Below, piece after piece: positions 1 to 9,963 of a DNA stretch of 64,000 bases (positions are counted from its first letter, which is position 1; each line of letters opens with the position of its first letter). Source of the DNA: an uncultured virus (IMG/VR IMGVR_UViG_3300047322_000261) (taxonomy: Duplodnaviria; Heunggongvirae; Uroviricota; Caudoviricetes); IMG/VR virus record IMGVR_UViG_3300047322_000261; one strand, given 5' to 3'. The notes beneath the pieces were generated by a model. That model ran no database searches, was not told the DNA's origin, and saw nothing but the letters and a program-made list of their open reading frames with translations. Position numbers and translations under genes: made by a program.

Positions 1-204
1 ATAGAGAATAACTTCCACGGAAACCTAACAGGAGAGGGTGACTACAGGAATAATCAGCCTAACGTAAACGCAACCATAGGGAAAGACCTACTGAGGAACA
101 ACTGTAACGCAGAACAACAAGAATTTCTTAGGTCTCTGCTAGATTCAACTAAGTTTACCATAACACCCCGTCAATACAGTATGCTTAACGATCTGTTAAG
201 CTAA
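1..204 (+). CDS. 3' end of an upstream ORF (partial), probably structural
   Basis: Frame 1 is open from base 1 (IENNFHGNLTGEGDY...NDLLS) to TAA at 202-204, 3 nt before the ATG at 208. Confidence 0.6.
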   Translation: MENNFHGNLTGEGDYRNNQPNVNATIGKDLLRNNCNAEQQEFLRSLLDSTKFTITPRQYSMLNDLLS

Positions 205-207
205 GCT

Positions 208-3200
208 ATGGAAATTATCAACGACTCTCAGTGGATTAATGGGCTAGACTCCATGAGTTATACTCTTGGTCAGGGTTCATACCAGTGGGCACAGAACGTT
301 GTTAACAGGGGCGGCATAGTAGGGACTCGTCAAGGGTTCGCAGAAGTAGCATCTATAGCAGAGAAAGACCCAAGGGGTATTGGGGTGATAACTATATCTG
401 GCGTTACGTGGATGCTAGCAGCTATTGGTGAAAACATTTACAAACTGAATCTTAACAATCCATCTGCCGGACTTCAGATTCTTAACTACCCGCATCCACC
501 AAATCCTCTCAATACACCAGTCGTGTTTCCTATAGGGAACAGAAGGATGGTTCATTTCGAGTTATGCGTTCAGGCCCAAGAGTCACTTAAAACCAATGAT
601 GGTTATGTTACACGAAACATACCAACACCGAAATTTGTTCTTATTATTCAAGACGGTGTAACACCACCCCACTATTGGGACGGTGTTAAATGCGACAAAA
701 TAGACAATCTTTACCCAGACTCAAAGCCTAATAACACACCCAAGGGATCGTTTATGAAATGGGCTGGAGATAGGTTATGGACAATATCTGGAAGAAAGGT
801 TCGTGCATCCAACTTGTTAAACCCATTCCAAAACACGGAAGAACTTGTTACCGCTTCTGGTGGTTTTTTCTTCATACCGGATAACGTTACAGGGATAGGT
901 GTTACTCATGACTTTAAGTCTTTGTTAGTTTTTTCTCACTTCACTACCTCTGCCTTTCAGGTAGGAATAGAAGACAGGACAGCATGGCCGGACACACAAG
1001 ACTTCCAGAGGGTAATCTTCCCGTCAATAGGATGCGTGTCGCACAGAACCATTATTAACATGTATGGCATGACATGGTGGATGGCCCATGACGGATGGGT
1101 TGGACTTGATAACACGTTGTCAGCCTATCAGTCTTCTAGGTTAGATATTCAAGACCAGAACATGAGTCGCAGCAAAGAAGGTATAAACTGGTCTACTGGT
1201 GGTGGTTGTTCTGGTTCATACGGTAACTTTTTATTTGTGTCTGTTCCGTCTGCAAACAAATGGAACCAACATACGTGGGTGCTAGATCAATCTCCAATCA
1301 ACACCGTAACTGGTCAGTCTCCCCCTGCTTGGGCATCTAATTGGACAGGTATCAGGCCTGAGCAATGGGTAACTTGTCAGATCAACGGACACCAGCGGTG
1401 TTTCTGTATCTCCCGCGACCTAACAAACGAAGGTCATCAGTCAACAGTGTGGGAAGCGTTTATCGGTCAACGTATGGACGTTCCCAAGGATGGTTCAGAA
1501 AGAAAGGCTAAAGACATTGCCTGTGCATTTGAGTCTAAGTTTTCTGGTTTGTCACCATCTCAATACATGAAGCTTAGATGGATTGAGTTAGACTGCGCTG
1601 AGATTATAGGAGACGTTAGCCTTCAGGTGTATTACTGTGGAAGACGCACGAGCTACAAGAAAATCGTAGACACGCATCTAACATCCACAATCTCTAACTC
1701 TACCGACGAAGTATTTAATCCTGAGGAACCCATCAAGGTTAACGTTCCTCAATTTAGAACCGTCCGATCTGTTACCGACGTTCACGAAGAAGACGATAAC
1801 GACACAGAGGTTCAAACTCCCTATAATAGAAATAAAGACAGAGAGTTTTCTGTTATAGTGCAATGGACTGGTCAAATGGCGGTATCAGCCATAAGGTATG
1901 CAGTTGACCCTGAACCAGACTACATGGAGGGAACGGTATACGAAGACGAGTATCTTGCTAGGAGGATTACAGCAGAGGGAACTGGTGGTATAGGATGCAC
2001 GTTGCCACCACCTAACACTCCCACTGGTAAGCTAACTAGCCAGTTTATTGCTCCGCTTAGACCTAGGTGGGTAGAGTTTCCAGCTTATGACTCAGCCGTT
2101 CCTAATGGAGTTTTCTTTGTTTCTGAGTTAACCGCTTCTCCACCGCCCGGAGCTTATCCGTCTAACTTTTACCCAGTTGATATTAACCTTACATCAGAAA
2201 CACAGGGAATTGAGATTTACTACACCAGAGATGGAACAAGGCCTCATGGGCCACCTAATCAACATGGAAGTCACTACCCAACACCTAAGCCACATATCAC
2301 CGTAGGACAGACATTAAAGGCAGTCGGAGAAAGAGATGGTCTGTTACCATCTGTTATACTTCAGGGTCAATATACTCAGATTCGATGTGAAGACGTTGTG
2401 TTTGATCCGCCAGCAGGAGGATACCCGCCAGATACGTTTGCTCAGCCCAATCCGCCTGAGCAGCTAGCTCCAGCGGCAGCTTACAACTTTAATGAAGGAA
2501 CCGGAACAATTGCCCATGACGTTTCCGGTAACGGAATAGACGGAACACTTCAGAATGGTGCAACATGGAATACCACAGGCAAGCATGGAAAAGCTTTAAG
2601 CCTAGACGGAGTAAACGACTACGTTTATCTTGGCAATCCGCCAATCTTGAGACTAGCTGGTAGCTCTACGTGGAGCGCATGGGTTAAGGCTACGGCTAAT
2701 CCCTCAGGAGATGCTGCCGTTATATCCAAGTCAGACGTTTCTACTGGATGGGAGCTTAAGACCGTTAATATATCTGGTTCTCATAAATTCCAAATACAGA
2801 TAGCTAGCGCGCATAACACGTTTGTAAATAGAACCAGTGTTACGGCAAGATCGCTGAATACTTGGTATTTTGTTACTGGAGTGTATGACGCTCATGCCCA
2901 CACACTAGACATTTACGTTAACGGTGTCCTAGACAACGGAACTCTTACGGGAACCATAACGGGTAGTCAGGTTAATTCTCCGGCTAATGTATCTATAGGC
3001 AGGGCAAGGGGTCAAGCTTATTGGACTGGACTTATCGACGATCTTCGTGTCTATTCTCGCGCTATATCGGCAGCAGAGGTTATGACAGACATGAATACTC
3101 CAGTAGGAGCATCTCAAATCCAATCTGGTTTCCCTGTCCACATGTCCACGGCTACGGCAGAGGCTACAATTCACTTTAATATAGGTGGTGGAACGGTAAC

Positions 3201-3915
3201 AGAAGCACAACAAGAATACGATCCTGCACACCCGCCGCACCCATACGCTGGAGACCAAATTAACGCCAAGGCGTTTAGGCAATACTATCTACCATCTAAC
3301 CAAACCCACGCTCTATATACAGCAGTTCCTAGGTGCGTTCTTCCAACTACTACTCCTGATGGTGGAAGTTATCACGCTAGTGACTACAACGAGCCAACCG
3401 GAATGGCAATAGCTATGTCGTCTGGAACGCAAGGCGCACAACTTAGATTCACGATCAACGACACAGACGTAGAACATGGAACGGTAGTAGCAAACCCTCA
3501 TACAGTCCACGTTCACCCACAAGACACCTTAAGGGTTATAGCACAGAAGACAGGACACAGCGACTCACTGGTAAAAACCTCGGTATACACAACCTTAATA
3601 GAACAAGTTGAAACCCCAGTCATAACGCCAGATGCCGTTATCCTTAGCGGTAACGTTCACGAGTTTGACGTTAGCGTATCGTGCGCTACAACCGGAGCAT
3701 CAATGCGGTATGTTATAGTATTGCCGGGTGATAACACGCAGCCAACAAGAGACATTGGGACACTTATTAGCTCTAATACCGCAACAATCCACATAGGGCC
3801 ACCTGACCACAGGATAGGTCATCAGGTATTGAGGATAATTGCTTACAGGACAGACATGGACGATTCAGATGTAGCAGAGGGAACCTATGACTACGAAGCA
3901 GGGGGTGGAGGATAA
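208..3915 (+). CDS. Tail nozzle/DNA-stabilisation-type virion protein (P22 gp10/T7 gp12-like) with C-terminal CHB_HEX_C/FN3-associated repeats and a LamG domain
   Basis: Beta-rich N-terminal ~620 aa typical of podovirus tail tubular B proteins (e.g. IGCVSHRTII). Repeats such as P..GxY...I.L...T.G..I.YT.DG. LamG signature AAYNFNEGTG...W.G.IDDLRVYSRAIS. Lies before the ejection-protein cluster. Confidence 0.65.
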   Translation: MEIINDSQWINGLDSMSYTLGQGSYQWAQNVVNRGGIVGTRQGFAEVASIAEKDPRGIGVITISGVTWMLAAIGENIYKLNLNNPSAGLQILNYPHPPNPLNTPVVFPIGNRRMVHFELCVQAQESLKTNDGYVTRNIPTPKFVLIIQDGVTPPHYWDGVKCDKIDNLYPDSKPNNTPKGSFMKWAGDRLWTISGRKVRASNLLNPFQNTEELVTASGGFFFIPDNVTGIGVTHDFKSLLVFSHFTTSAFQVGIEDRTAWPDTQDFQRVIFPSIGCVSHRTIINMYGMTWWMAHDGWVGLDNTLSAYQSSRLDIQDQNMSRSKEGINWSTGGGCSGSYGNFLFVSVPSANKWNQHTWVLDQSPINTVTGQSPPAWASNWTGIRPEQWVTCQINGHQRCFCISRDLTNEGHQSTVWEAFIGQRMDVPKDGSERKAKDIACAFESKFSGLSPSQYMKLRWIELDCAEIIGDVSLQVYYCGRRTSYKKIVDTHLTSTISNSTDEVFNPEEPIKVNVPQFRTVRSVTDVHEEDDNDTEVQTPYNRNKDREFSVIVQWTGQMAVSAIRYAVDPEPDYMEGTVYEDEYLARRITAEGTGGIGCTLPPPNTPTGKLTSQFIAPLRPRWVEFPAYDSAVPNGVFFVSELTASPPPGAYPSNFYPVDINLTSETQGIEIYYTRDGTRPHGPPNQHGSHYPTPKPHITVGQTLKAVGERDGLLPSVILQGQYTQIRCEDVVFDPPAGGYPPDTFAQPNPPEQLAPAAAYNFNEGTGTIAHDVSGNGIDGTLQNGATWNTTGKHGKALSLDGVNDYVYLGNPPILRLAGSSTWSAWVKATANPSGDAAVISKSDVSTGWELKTVNISGSHKFQIQIASAHNTFVNRTSVTARSLNTWYFVTGVYDAHAHTLDIYVNGVLDNGTLTGTITGSQVNSPANVSIGRARGQAYWTGLIDDLRVYSRAISAAEVMTDMNTPVGASQIQSGFPVHMSTATAEATIHFNIGGGTVTEAQQEYDPAHPPHPYAGDQINAKAFRQYYLPSNQTHALYTAVPRCVLPTTTPDGGSYHASDYNEPTGMAIAMSSGTQGAQLRFTINDTDVEHGTVVANPHTVHVHPQDTLRVIAQKTGHSDSLVKTSVYTTLIEQVETPVITPDAVILSGNVHEFDVSVSCATTGASMRYVIVLPGDNTQPTRDIGTLISSNTATIHIGPPDHRIGHQVLRIIAYRTDMDDSDVAEGTYDYEAGGGG

Positions 3916-4535
3916 TGGACTTTCCTGTTTCCTTACACATACCAGACTTTAGGCCTCTCGATAACTCGCTAAAGGGTATAGCTTCCTCTTTACCAGATAG
4001 CATGGTTGGTTCAATAGAGTCTGGAGTTATAGACACAGAAGAACTAGCTCAGGTTAACGGGCCTTCTCCCGTATTTGAAGGAAATCAGGCTTTTGGCATC
4101 AAGGTTAATAACGTAACCCTGCAATCAACGCCAACGGATAACAGAAACCAGATATTTCAGGACAAGGATGGTGTCGTAGCGTTGGTAGATGACATACAGG
4201 GATTAAGACCAACTGTTATTTTACCAGAAGGCCTTGTTAGTGTAGATTGGAGTGTGGCGGATAACTTTATGTGTATCCTAAGCGGTAACAGGCAGTCAGC
4301 ATTTTATATGGCGCATAGTAAAGACGGAATGAAGGTAAAATTATTGCTAGTAAACCAAGGAACTAATCAGACAGTTGGAACGTGGGATGCTTCTATTAAT
4401 TGGCCTGCTGGTTCTGCCCCTAGTATGCCTTCTGCTCTAGTTGGAGCTTCTGCTTTTTTATTGGTAGAGCTAAGGAACATTAACAACATTATTTACGGTG
4501 AATCGTTGAGTTATTCTGTCGGGAGCTTCAGTTAA
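3915..4535 (+). CDS. Putative tail/fibre-associated structural protein (paralogue of next gene)
   Basis: Shares QDKDG.VAL..DI...RPT..L....[VI]DWS...NF with 4537..5199; TAATG coupling. Confidence 0.55.
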   Translation: MDFPVSLHIPDFRPLDNSLKGIASSLPDSMVGSIESGVIDTEELAQVNGPSPVFEGNQAFGIKVNNVTLQSTPTDNRNQIFQDKDGVVALVDDIQGLRPTVILPEGLVSVDWSVADNFMCILSGNRQSAFYMAHSKDGMKVKLLLVNQGTNQTVGTWDASINWPAGSAPSMPSALVGASAFLLVELRNINNIIYGESLSYSVGSFS

Positions 4536-4536
4536 C

Positions 4537-5199
4537 ATGATTAACATAAAATTTACAGCAGACCCACTTCCTACAGACTTTAGCGGAACGCTTCAGGACT
4601 TCCAAGACAGGTTTTTGTTAAACCTAAGAGGTTCTATTGATGAAACTCAAGTCTTAACTGGTCAGATAGGTGGCCCACCACCAACACAAGACGTTGGGCC
4701 TTGGCTTAATGGAACTACGTGGCATATCTGGAATGGATCAGAGTATGTTCCGAGCATGGTCAAGATAGGTGGGGCGGGTTATGTTGTCCAACTAGGAGAC
4801 TATACTACCTCAGGTGATGGAGCTAGCCTACTTCCAGATAGATTCCAAACCCTTCAGGACAAAGACGGAACGGTAGCACTACTGTCAGATATTTACGCAG
4901 GTAGGCCGACTATCGTGCTGTCAGGAGCAACACCAACGATTGACTGGAGCCTTAGTAATAATTTCACGCAGGTATTACCAAGTAACATCACTGTTAGCAT
5001 GAAGAACTCTCAGCCCGGTCAGGAGGTTGTTGTTACACTTAAGAACAACGCAACTTCTTACACGGTAACATGGGCAGCAACACCAGCAATTTTCTGGCCT
5101 GCCGGAACACCACCTTCTCAAACAGCTAGCAAAACGGACATGTATATCCTTAAGAACATTGGTGGGTCAATCCTAGGAAGGCAGGTAGCTAACTACTAA
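4537..5199 (+). CDS. Putative tail/fibre-associated structural protein
   Basis: Paralogue of 3915..4535; C-terminus (W..GT.P..TA...D) resembles tail-fibre accessory domains. Confidence 0.55.
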   Translation: MINIKFTADPLPTDFSGTLQDFQDRFLLNLRGSIDETQVLTGQIGGPPPTQDVGPWLNGTTWHIWNGSEYVPSMVKIGGAGYVVQLGDYTTSGDGASLLPDRFQTLQDKDGTVALLSDIYAGRPTIVLSGATPTIDWSLSNNFTQVLPSNITVSMKNSQPGQEVVVTLKNNATSYTVTWAATPAIFWPAGTPPSQTASKTDMYILKNIGGSILGRQVANY

Positions 5200-5873
5200 T
5201 GAGTAGCATTACTGGAGGGGGAGCGCAACCACCACAGCAACCACCGTTTCACCCGATTAATATATTCGGTGGGCCTGATGCTCCACCACACTCAGGGCAA
5301 CAAGGAATAGCAGATAGAGCTTTAGGCCAAGACCTTAATAGGTATTTCAGTTATCAGTTTCCGGTATTTCCGGGGATGACCGACATACGCAATAACGAGA
5401 TACAAGACGCTTACAAGCAACTAACAGGGCCTTTATCATCCGACTTTCAAAACACTTTCCTTAAGAACGCAGCAGTAACATCACAAAGCGTAACTGGTGG
5501 CGGTAATCCATACTCAGGTATTGCTGGTGGGGCTGGATCATTTGTTCAGGGAAACGAAACAGCCTCGGTGGCTAGGCAAACCCTAGCTAAGCAGGACTAC
5601 GACAGAAGCAGATTTGAAGGATTGCTTCAGGCTAATCCGGTTCCGCAACTAGGATTGTCGCAGAACGACCTATTAAGCCTGAGTATCTACAACACAGGAG
5701 CGCAGAACGCATGGTCTATGAGTAACTATGCAAATCAGGTAGCTGGAGCTAATGCGTCTTTTGCCGCTCAACAGCAAGACTATAGCACTATAGGAAGCTT
5801 GATATCTGGCCTAGGAAGCGTCTACGCTAATTATCAAATTAACAATCCGTCAGGGCAATTTACAACAGGATGA
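5199..5873 (+). CDS. Putative internal virion/ejection protein
   Basis: G/Q/N/S-rich low-complexity composition with IGSLISGLG C-terminal segment; position after tail genes. Confidence 0.5.
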   Translation: MSSITGGGAQPPQQPPFHPINIFGGPDAPPHSGQQGIADRALGQDLNRYFSYQFPVFPGMTDIRNNEIQDAYKQLTGPLSSDFQNTFLKNAAVTSQSVTGGGNPYSGIAGGAGSFVQGNETASVARQTLAKQDYDRSRFEGLLQANPVPQLGLSQNDLLSLSIYNTGAQNAWSMSNYANQVAGANASFAAQQQDYSTIGSLISGLGSVYANYQINNPSGQFTTG

Positions 5874-6787
5874 ACTACAGCTTCATAACAGGATTACCTA
5901 GGTCGGGGTCAGCTTGGATAGCTAACTATCTTAGCTATGATAACGTGTGTTTTCTTCACGATGCATGGAAAGACAACACACCGTCAGAGCTTAAGGAACG
6001 TTTTCAGTCCTACCCTGGTTACGCAGCGGGAACGGCTGACCCCGCGAATGTCATGTTGTATGACAAAATTCAAAAAGAATTTCCTGACGCAAAGTGGGTT
6101 GTTATTACTAGGCCGGAAGCAGAAGTCCGAAAAGCTTGCCAAAATCTCAACATGCCGTTGTCAGACTTCACTGATAACTTCCAGAAATTGTCAAAAGAAA
6201 AAAAGCCACTCAAGATTCCTTTTTCTCAACTCTTTGACCGAGCAGATGAAATAGGTCGTTATGTTTACGAAGACTGGCAATGTCCTAGCTGGCGAACAGA
6301 CATGCTTAAGGGTCTTAACGTTCAGGTTCACTGGGGAAAGGTCTCGGAACAATTCAAGGTTCCAAGTAACATTAAGGAAGTAGCAGCCCTTACTCCTAAC
6401 AAAATGGCCTATATTGACCTAGTTAAAGAGATTTGTAACAACGACGCTAACACCGTTAGATTTTTATCTCAGGCTAGGACAGCATCGGAAGTATATCGAG
6501 CCTTAAACGAAGGAAAGCCAATAGACGTAGAAAAAACCAAAAATCTACTAGAGTCTATGGCTACAGAGTGGGTCATTAGTCCGTTCCTTAGAACCTTCGG
6601 AGCATCCATTGTTCCTGCTATTGTGTCAGCCTTAGAGAAATACAGGTCTGAGGAACTCAAGCATTGCCCTATTGATACAGAGCTTGTTACGGCTGTAACT
6701 TATATCTATCGTGGTAACGATGGAGTAAAAGAATACATGCCTAAGGTAAGAGAGCTAAGTGACAAAATTCTGAAGGAGAAGACGTAA
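5870..6787 (+). CDS. Sulfotransferase-like P-loop protein with helical C-terminal extension
   Basis: N-terminal FITGLPRSGSAW (5'-PSB loop-like) and FPDAKWVVITRP (3'-PB-like) motifs. Confidence 0.65.
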   Translation: MNYSFITGLPRSGSAWIANYLSYDNVCFLHDAWKDNTPSELKERFQSYPGYAAGTADPANVMLYDKIQKEFPDAKWVVITRPEAEVRKACQNLNMPLSDFTDNFQKLSKEKKPLKIPFSQLFDRADEIGRYVYEDWQCPSWRTDMLKGLNVQVHWGKVSEQFKVPSNIKEVAALTPNKMAYIDLVKEICNNDANTVRFLSQARTASEVYRALNEGKPIDVEKTKNLLESMATEWVISPFLRTFGASIVPAIVSALEKYRSEELKHCPIDTELVTAVTYIYRGNDGVKEYMPKVRELSDKILKEKT

Positions 6788-7683
6788 TGGGTGTCTACGC
6801 GGCTATTATCTCCAGTGTTATAGGTGCGGGAGTTAAGCTTCTTGGTTCTTCCCAGTCGCCCAACTATCCTTCACCACCCAAGCTTAATAAGATAGATATT
6901 GCTGGAACTCAGGCAGGAATGGAAGATTACGAGCAGCGGAGGATGCAGTCTTCTATTGATGCTTGGAAGCAGAAATTCCCTTTGTTATATCAAGGTGGAG
7001 CTTCAGAGATACAAGACATAGCTAACAACCAAGCAGGTAAGTTGTCTCCGGTTGTTACTGACGCTCTTAGGTCTTCTGGTCTAGGAACCATCTCAGAGGG
7101 AGATCAATACCATCAAGCTGTAGACATGGGGTTGTCTCCTATAACCTTAGCTCAGCGAACCTCTCAGGCCGTTAACAGGCAAATAGCCCTGAACCCAGAG
7201 TGGACTAACAAGATTTCAGGTGGAACGCTCGCAACAATGATTGCGAACAACTACCAAAACCAAAACGCCTTTACCCAGTTCCTAGGAGCTAACCAAACAG
7301 CACAATATGTAGCAGGCCAGCAACGCTCTATGTATAACACGGCTGCTCTTACAACTGGATTACTGGGAGCGGCACAAACGGGAACACAGGCCTACCTTAA
7401 CTCACAGAATCCACTCAACTCTCCATTGAATCCAAACTCCTATAAGGATTCTAGTGGCGGATATTACGGAATGAGTAATTACGGCGCAACTCCTTACGGC
7501 GGAACCCAATCTCCGTCGCCTGCCTCTAACCCGTATTCGGGATTGTCAGTTCCTAACTATGGTAACTCATATTCATCCTTCGGGGCACAAACGCCCACTG
7601 TTCCATTGATCTTCCCACCAGCAAGTCAACCAACATACGGTGGAGCGCAAAGCGCAACAGACCCATACGTAAACTACTTCTAA
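6787..7683 (+). CDS. Putative internal virion/ejection protein
   Basis: N-terminal AAIISSVIGAGV hydrophobic G/A segment, Q/A/N-rich; TAATG coupling. Confidence 0.5.
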   Translation: MGVYAAIISSVIGAGVKLLGSSQSPNYPSPPKLNKIDIAGTQAGMEDYEQRRMQSSIDAWKQKFPLLYQGGASEIQDIANNQAGKLSPVVTDALRSSGLGTISEGDQYHQAVDMGLSPITLAQRTSQAVNRQIALNPEWTNKISGGTLATMIANNYQNQNAFTQFLGANQTAQYVAGQQRSMYNTAALTTGLLGAAQTGTQAYLNSQNPLNSPLNPNSYKDSSGGYYGMSNYGATPYGGTQSPSPASNPYSGLSVPNYGNSYSSFGAQTPTVPLIFPPASQPTYGGAQSATDPYVNYF

Positions 7684-7684
7684 T

Positions 7685-8296
7685 ATGCCATTCGCTAATC
7701 TCCCAGTATCAGGTTTTCAAGCACCGCAAGCACCAGATTGGACTAGGTTTGCCGCGCAAGCTAACGAGTTTATTGCCAATCAGCCTATTCCTAACACGGC
7801 GGCTATGGTTGACAAAGCTGTTGAGCAGATTAATGGTATCCTTAAACTGTCTTCTCCAGAGGAAAGACTTAAAAGACAACTAGAGATGCAACAGTTGGGA
7901 TTCATGCACGATGTTTACAGTGACTACAAACTACATCCCGAAAACTACGAGATGACCGCTCATGGGCCAGTTAAGATTGACGGTTTAACCAGAATAGCTA
8001 AGATAGCAGCTATTAACCACACGCTAGCATCTAACCAGTATCTCAATAAGAAAATTAACTCAGGTTTACCGCCCGGTCTATCGGAAGCAATACAAAAAGT
8101 AAAAGCAGCACAGGACGCAGAGAGGCAGGGTGTTCGTTTATCACCTAGTAATCTACCACCTACCGCTCCTGTCCAGTCAGCCCCAGCAACCGAAGCTTCA
8201 ACCGACAATTCAGATGATTCAGATACCGGAACACAGGCAGTAAACGATGAAGGCGGAGTTGGTAGCACAAACGCATTTGGCCCAAGAGATGTATGA
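7685..8296 (+). CDS. Putative internal virion protein
   Basis: Position within ejection cluster; no recognisable domain. Confidence 0.45.
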   Translation: MPFANLPVSGFQAPQAPDWTRFAAQANEFIANQPIPNTAAMVDKAVEQINGILKLSSPEERLKRQLEMQQLGFMHDVYSDYKLHPENYEMTAHGPVKIDGLTRIAKIAAINHTLASNQYLNKKINSGLPPGLSEAIQKVKAAQDAERQGVRLSPSNLPPTAPVQSAPATEASTDNSDDSDTGTQAVNDEGGVGSTNAFGPRDV

Positions 8297-9963
8297 GCGA
8301 CGAGAACACGAAAAACTACGATAACACAGACCTAAGCACCCCAGATGGAGCTACGCAGATTATAGGAGACGTAGCAACTTGGGGCGGAAGGGATGACTAC
8401 GTAAGTGGTCAGGATTCCGGCGAAACTGCCTCTGGTGTCAAGACCTACGACCCAAAGACAGACACAGAGCCAACCACGAGTGGTATAGCTATAGACCCTG
8501 CTTGGCTTAAGAAACACGGTGGGGTAGTCAACTACGGAGACCTAGTAGATGTTATTAACCCAGAGACGGGAGCAAGTAAGAGGATTCCCATAATTGATGC
8601 AGGGCCAAATAGGAGACTAGGCAGGCTAGCGGATATTAGACCGCAAGACGCTAAGGATATTGGCCTTAGTGGAGTAGGAAGGGCTATTATCGACTTTAAG
8701 CCTGCTATCCAAGGATATAGCGCAGGCAGCACTGACAACCAAGACCAACAAGACCCTAACGCTCCACAAACGGGACTAGAGGACTTAACCACGCCGGAGG
8801 GAGCGCAGTCTTACTTAGCTCGCGCAACGGCCAACCCGGCGTCCCAGACAGCCGCTACGGGGTCTTTATCCGGCTCCCGCACCGATATAACGGGAACAAA
8901 GGAAGACCTAGGTGTTACAAAGCTTCCTGACGGTGGATACGATATAGGAAACGGTTACGTTGGATACCCTAACGGCATCATACAACTAAGAACGGGTAAT
9001 TCTACTACAGAATTTATACCAGACCCCACGGCAGACTCAGGTTACAAAACCCATACCTTTCAAGTTACGCCCAAGAAAGCAGACTCACTAGATGATGTAG
9101 CAGCTAAAGAGGCAGCTAAAAAGGGCATCCTTAGGTCTAACTACCCAGAAGGCGAAGAAGGCGATCAACAATACAAAGACGAACTTAAGCTTACCTTGGG
9201 AGCGGGAGTGGCTGACGACATTGCAGAAGCTATTGTTAGCGGCAAACAACCACCAGACACCAAGGGTCTCTACAGAACAGGCCCACAGGTTAGGGCCAAG
9301 CTAGCCAAGCTAGGATACGATCTTAAGGATGCTAACCTAGACTGGCAGGCATCTCAGCGGTTCATTTTGTCACAGAACTCTCCACCACTGGTAAGATTAA
9401 GGCAGTCAGCTATGACAGCCGATCATTCCCTTGATGTTATCGACGACCTATCTAAACAGTGGCAGGCGGGTAGGTTTCCGGCACTTAACAAAGCTAGACT
9501 AGCAGCCGCACAACAGGGAGCATTTGGGCAGCAGGCAGCTTCTCTAGCTAGACAACTAGATGGTCAGATTAACGATCTTACCTTTGAGCTAGGAAACGTC
9601 TATATGGGTGGCGGAACTCCTACCGATCAGGCTTTGGTTCTAGCTAAGAAAAACCTTTCTGCGGATTGGGACGATAAGACCTTGCGGGACATGACTAATC
9701 TCGCCAGACGAAATCTTCAAATCAGGCTAAATTCATTCAAGCAGGTAGAGCCAGCAGGGTTAAGCGAGGAAGCTGCCAAGGAAGACAGATGGACTAAGAC
9801 GCACGCAGATGTTGCACCAACTCCCGCCGTAGCTCCTAGCACAGCACCGCAGGTATCTAAATCACCTTCTAGCTATAGTGTAGGACAGAGTGTTAAATTA
9901 AACGGTAAGATGGTTACTATAGATTCTATAGACCCAACAACAGGGAGTTTTACCTATCACTAA
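8293..9963 (+). CDS. Ejection protein with N-terminal RlpA/DPBB-like (lytic transglycosylase-type) domain
   Basis: ETASG...GIAID...YGDLVDVINPETG...IPIIDAGP...GRLADI matches the double-psi beta-barrel pattern; helical C-terminal half. Confidence 0.6.
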   Translation: MSDENTKNYDNTDLSTPDGATQIIGDVATWGGRDDYVSGQDSGETASGVKTYDPKTDTEPTTSGIAIDPAWLKKHGGVVNYGDLVDVINPETGASKRIPIIDAGPNRRLGRLADIRPQDAKDIGLSGVGRAIIDFKPAIQGYSAGSTDNQDQQDPNAPQTGLEDLTTPEGAQSYLARATANPASQTAATGSLSGSRTDITGTKEDLGVTKLPDGGYDIGNGYVGYPNGIIQLRTGNSTTEFIPDPTADSGYKTHTFQVTPKKADSLDDVAAKEAAKKGILRSNYPEGEEGDQQYKDELKLTLGAGVADDIAEAIVSGKQPPDTKGLYRTGPQVRAKLAKLGYDLKDANLDWQASQRFILSQNSPPLVRLRQSAMTADHSLDVIDDLSKQWQAGRFPALNKARLAAAQQGAFGQQAASLARQLDGQINDLTFELGNVYMGGGTPTDQALVLAKKNLSADWDDKTLRDMTNLARRNLQIRLNSFKQVEPAGLSEEAAKEDRWTKTHADVAPTPAVAPSTAPQVSKSPSSYSVGQSVKLNGKMVTIDSIDPTTGSFTYH

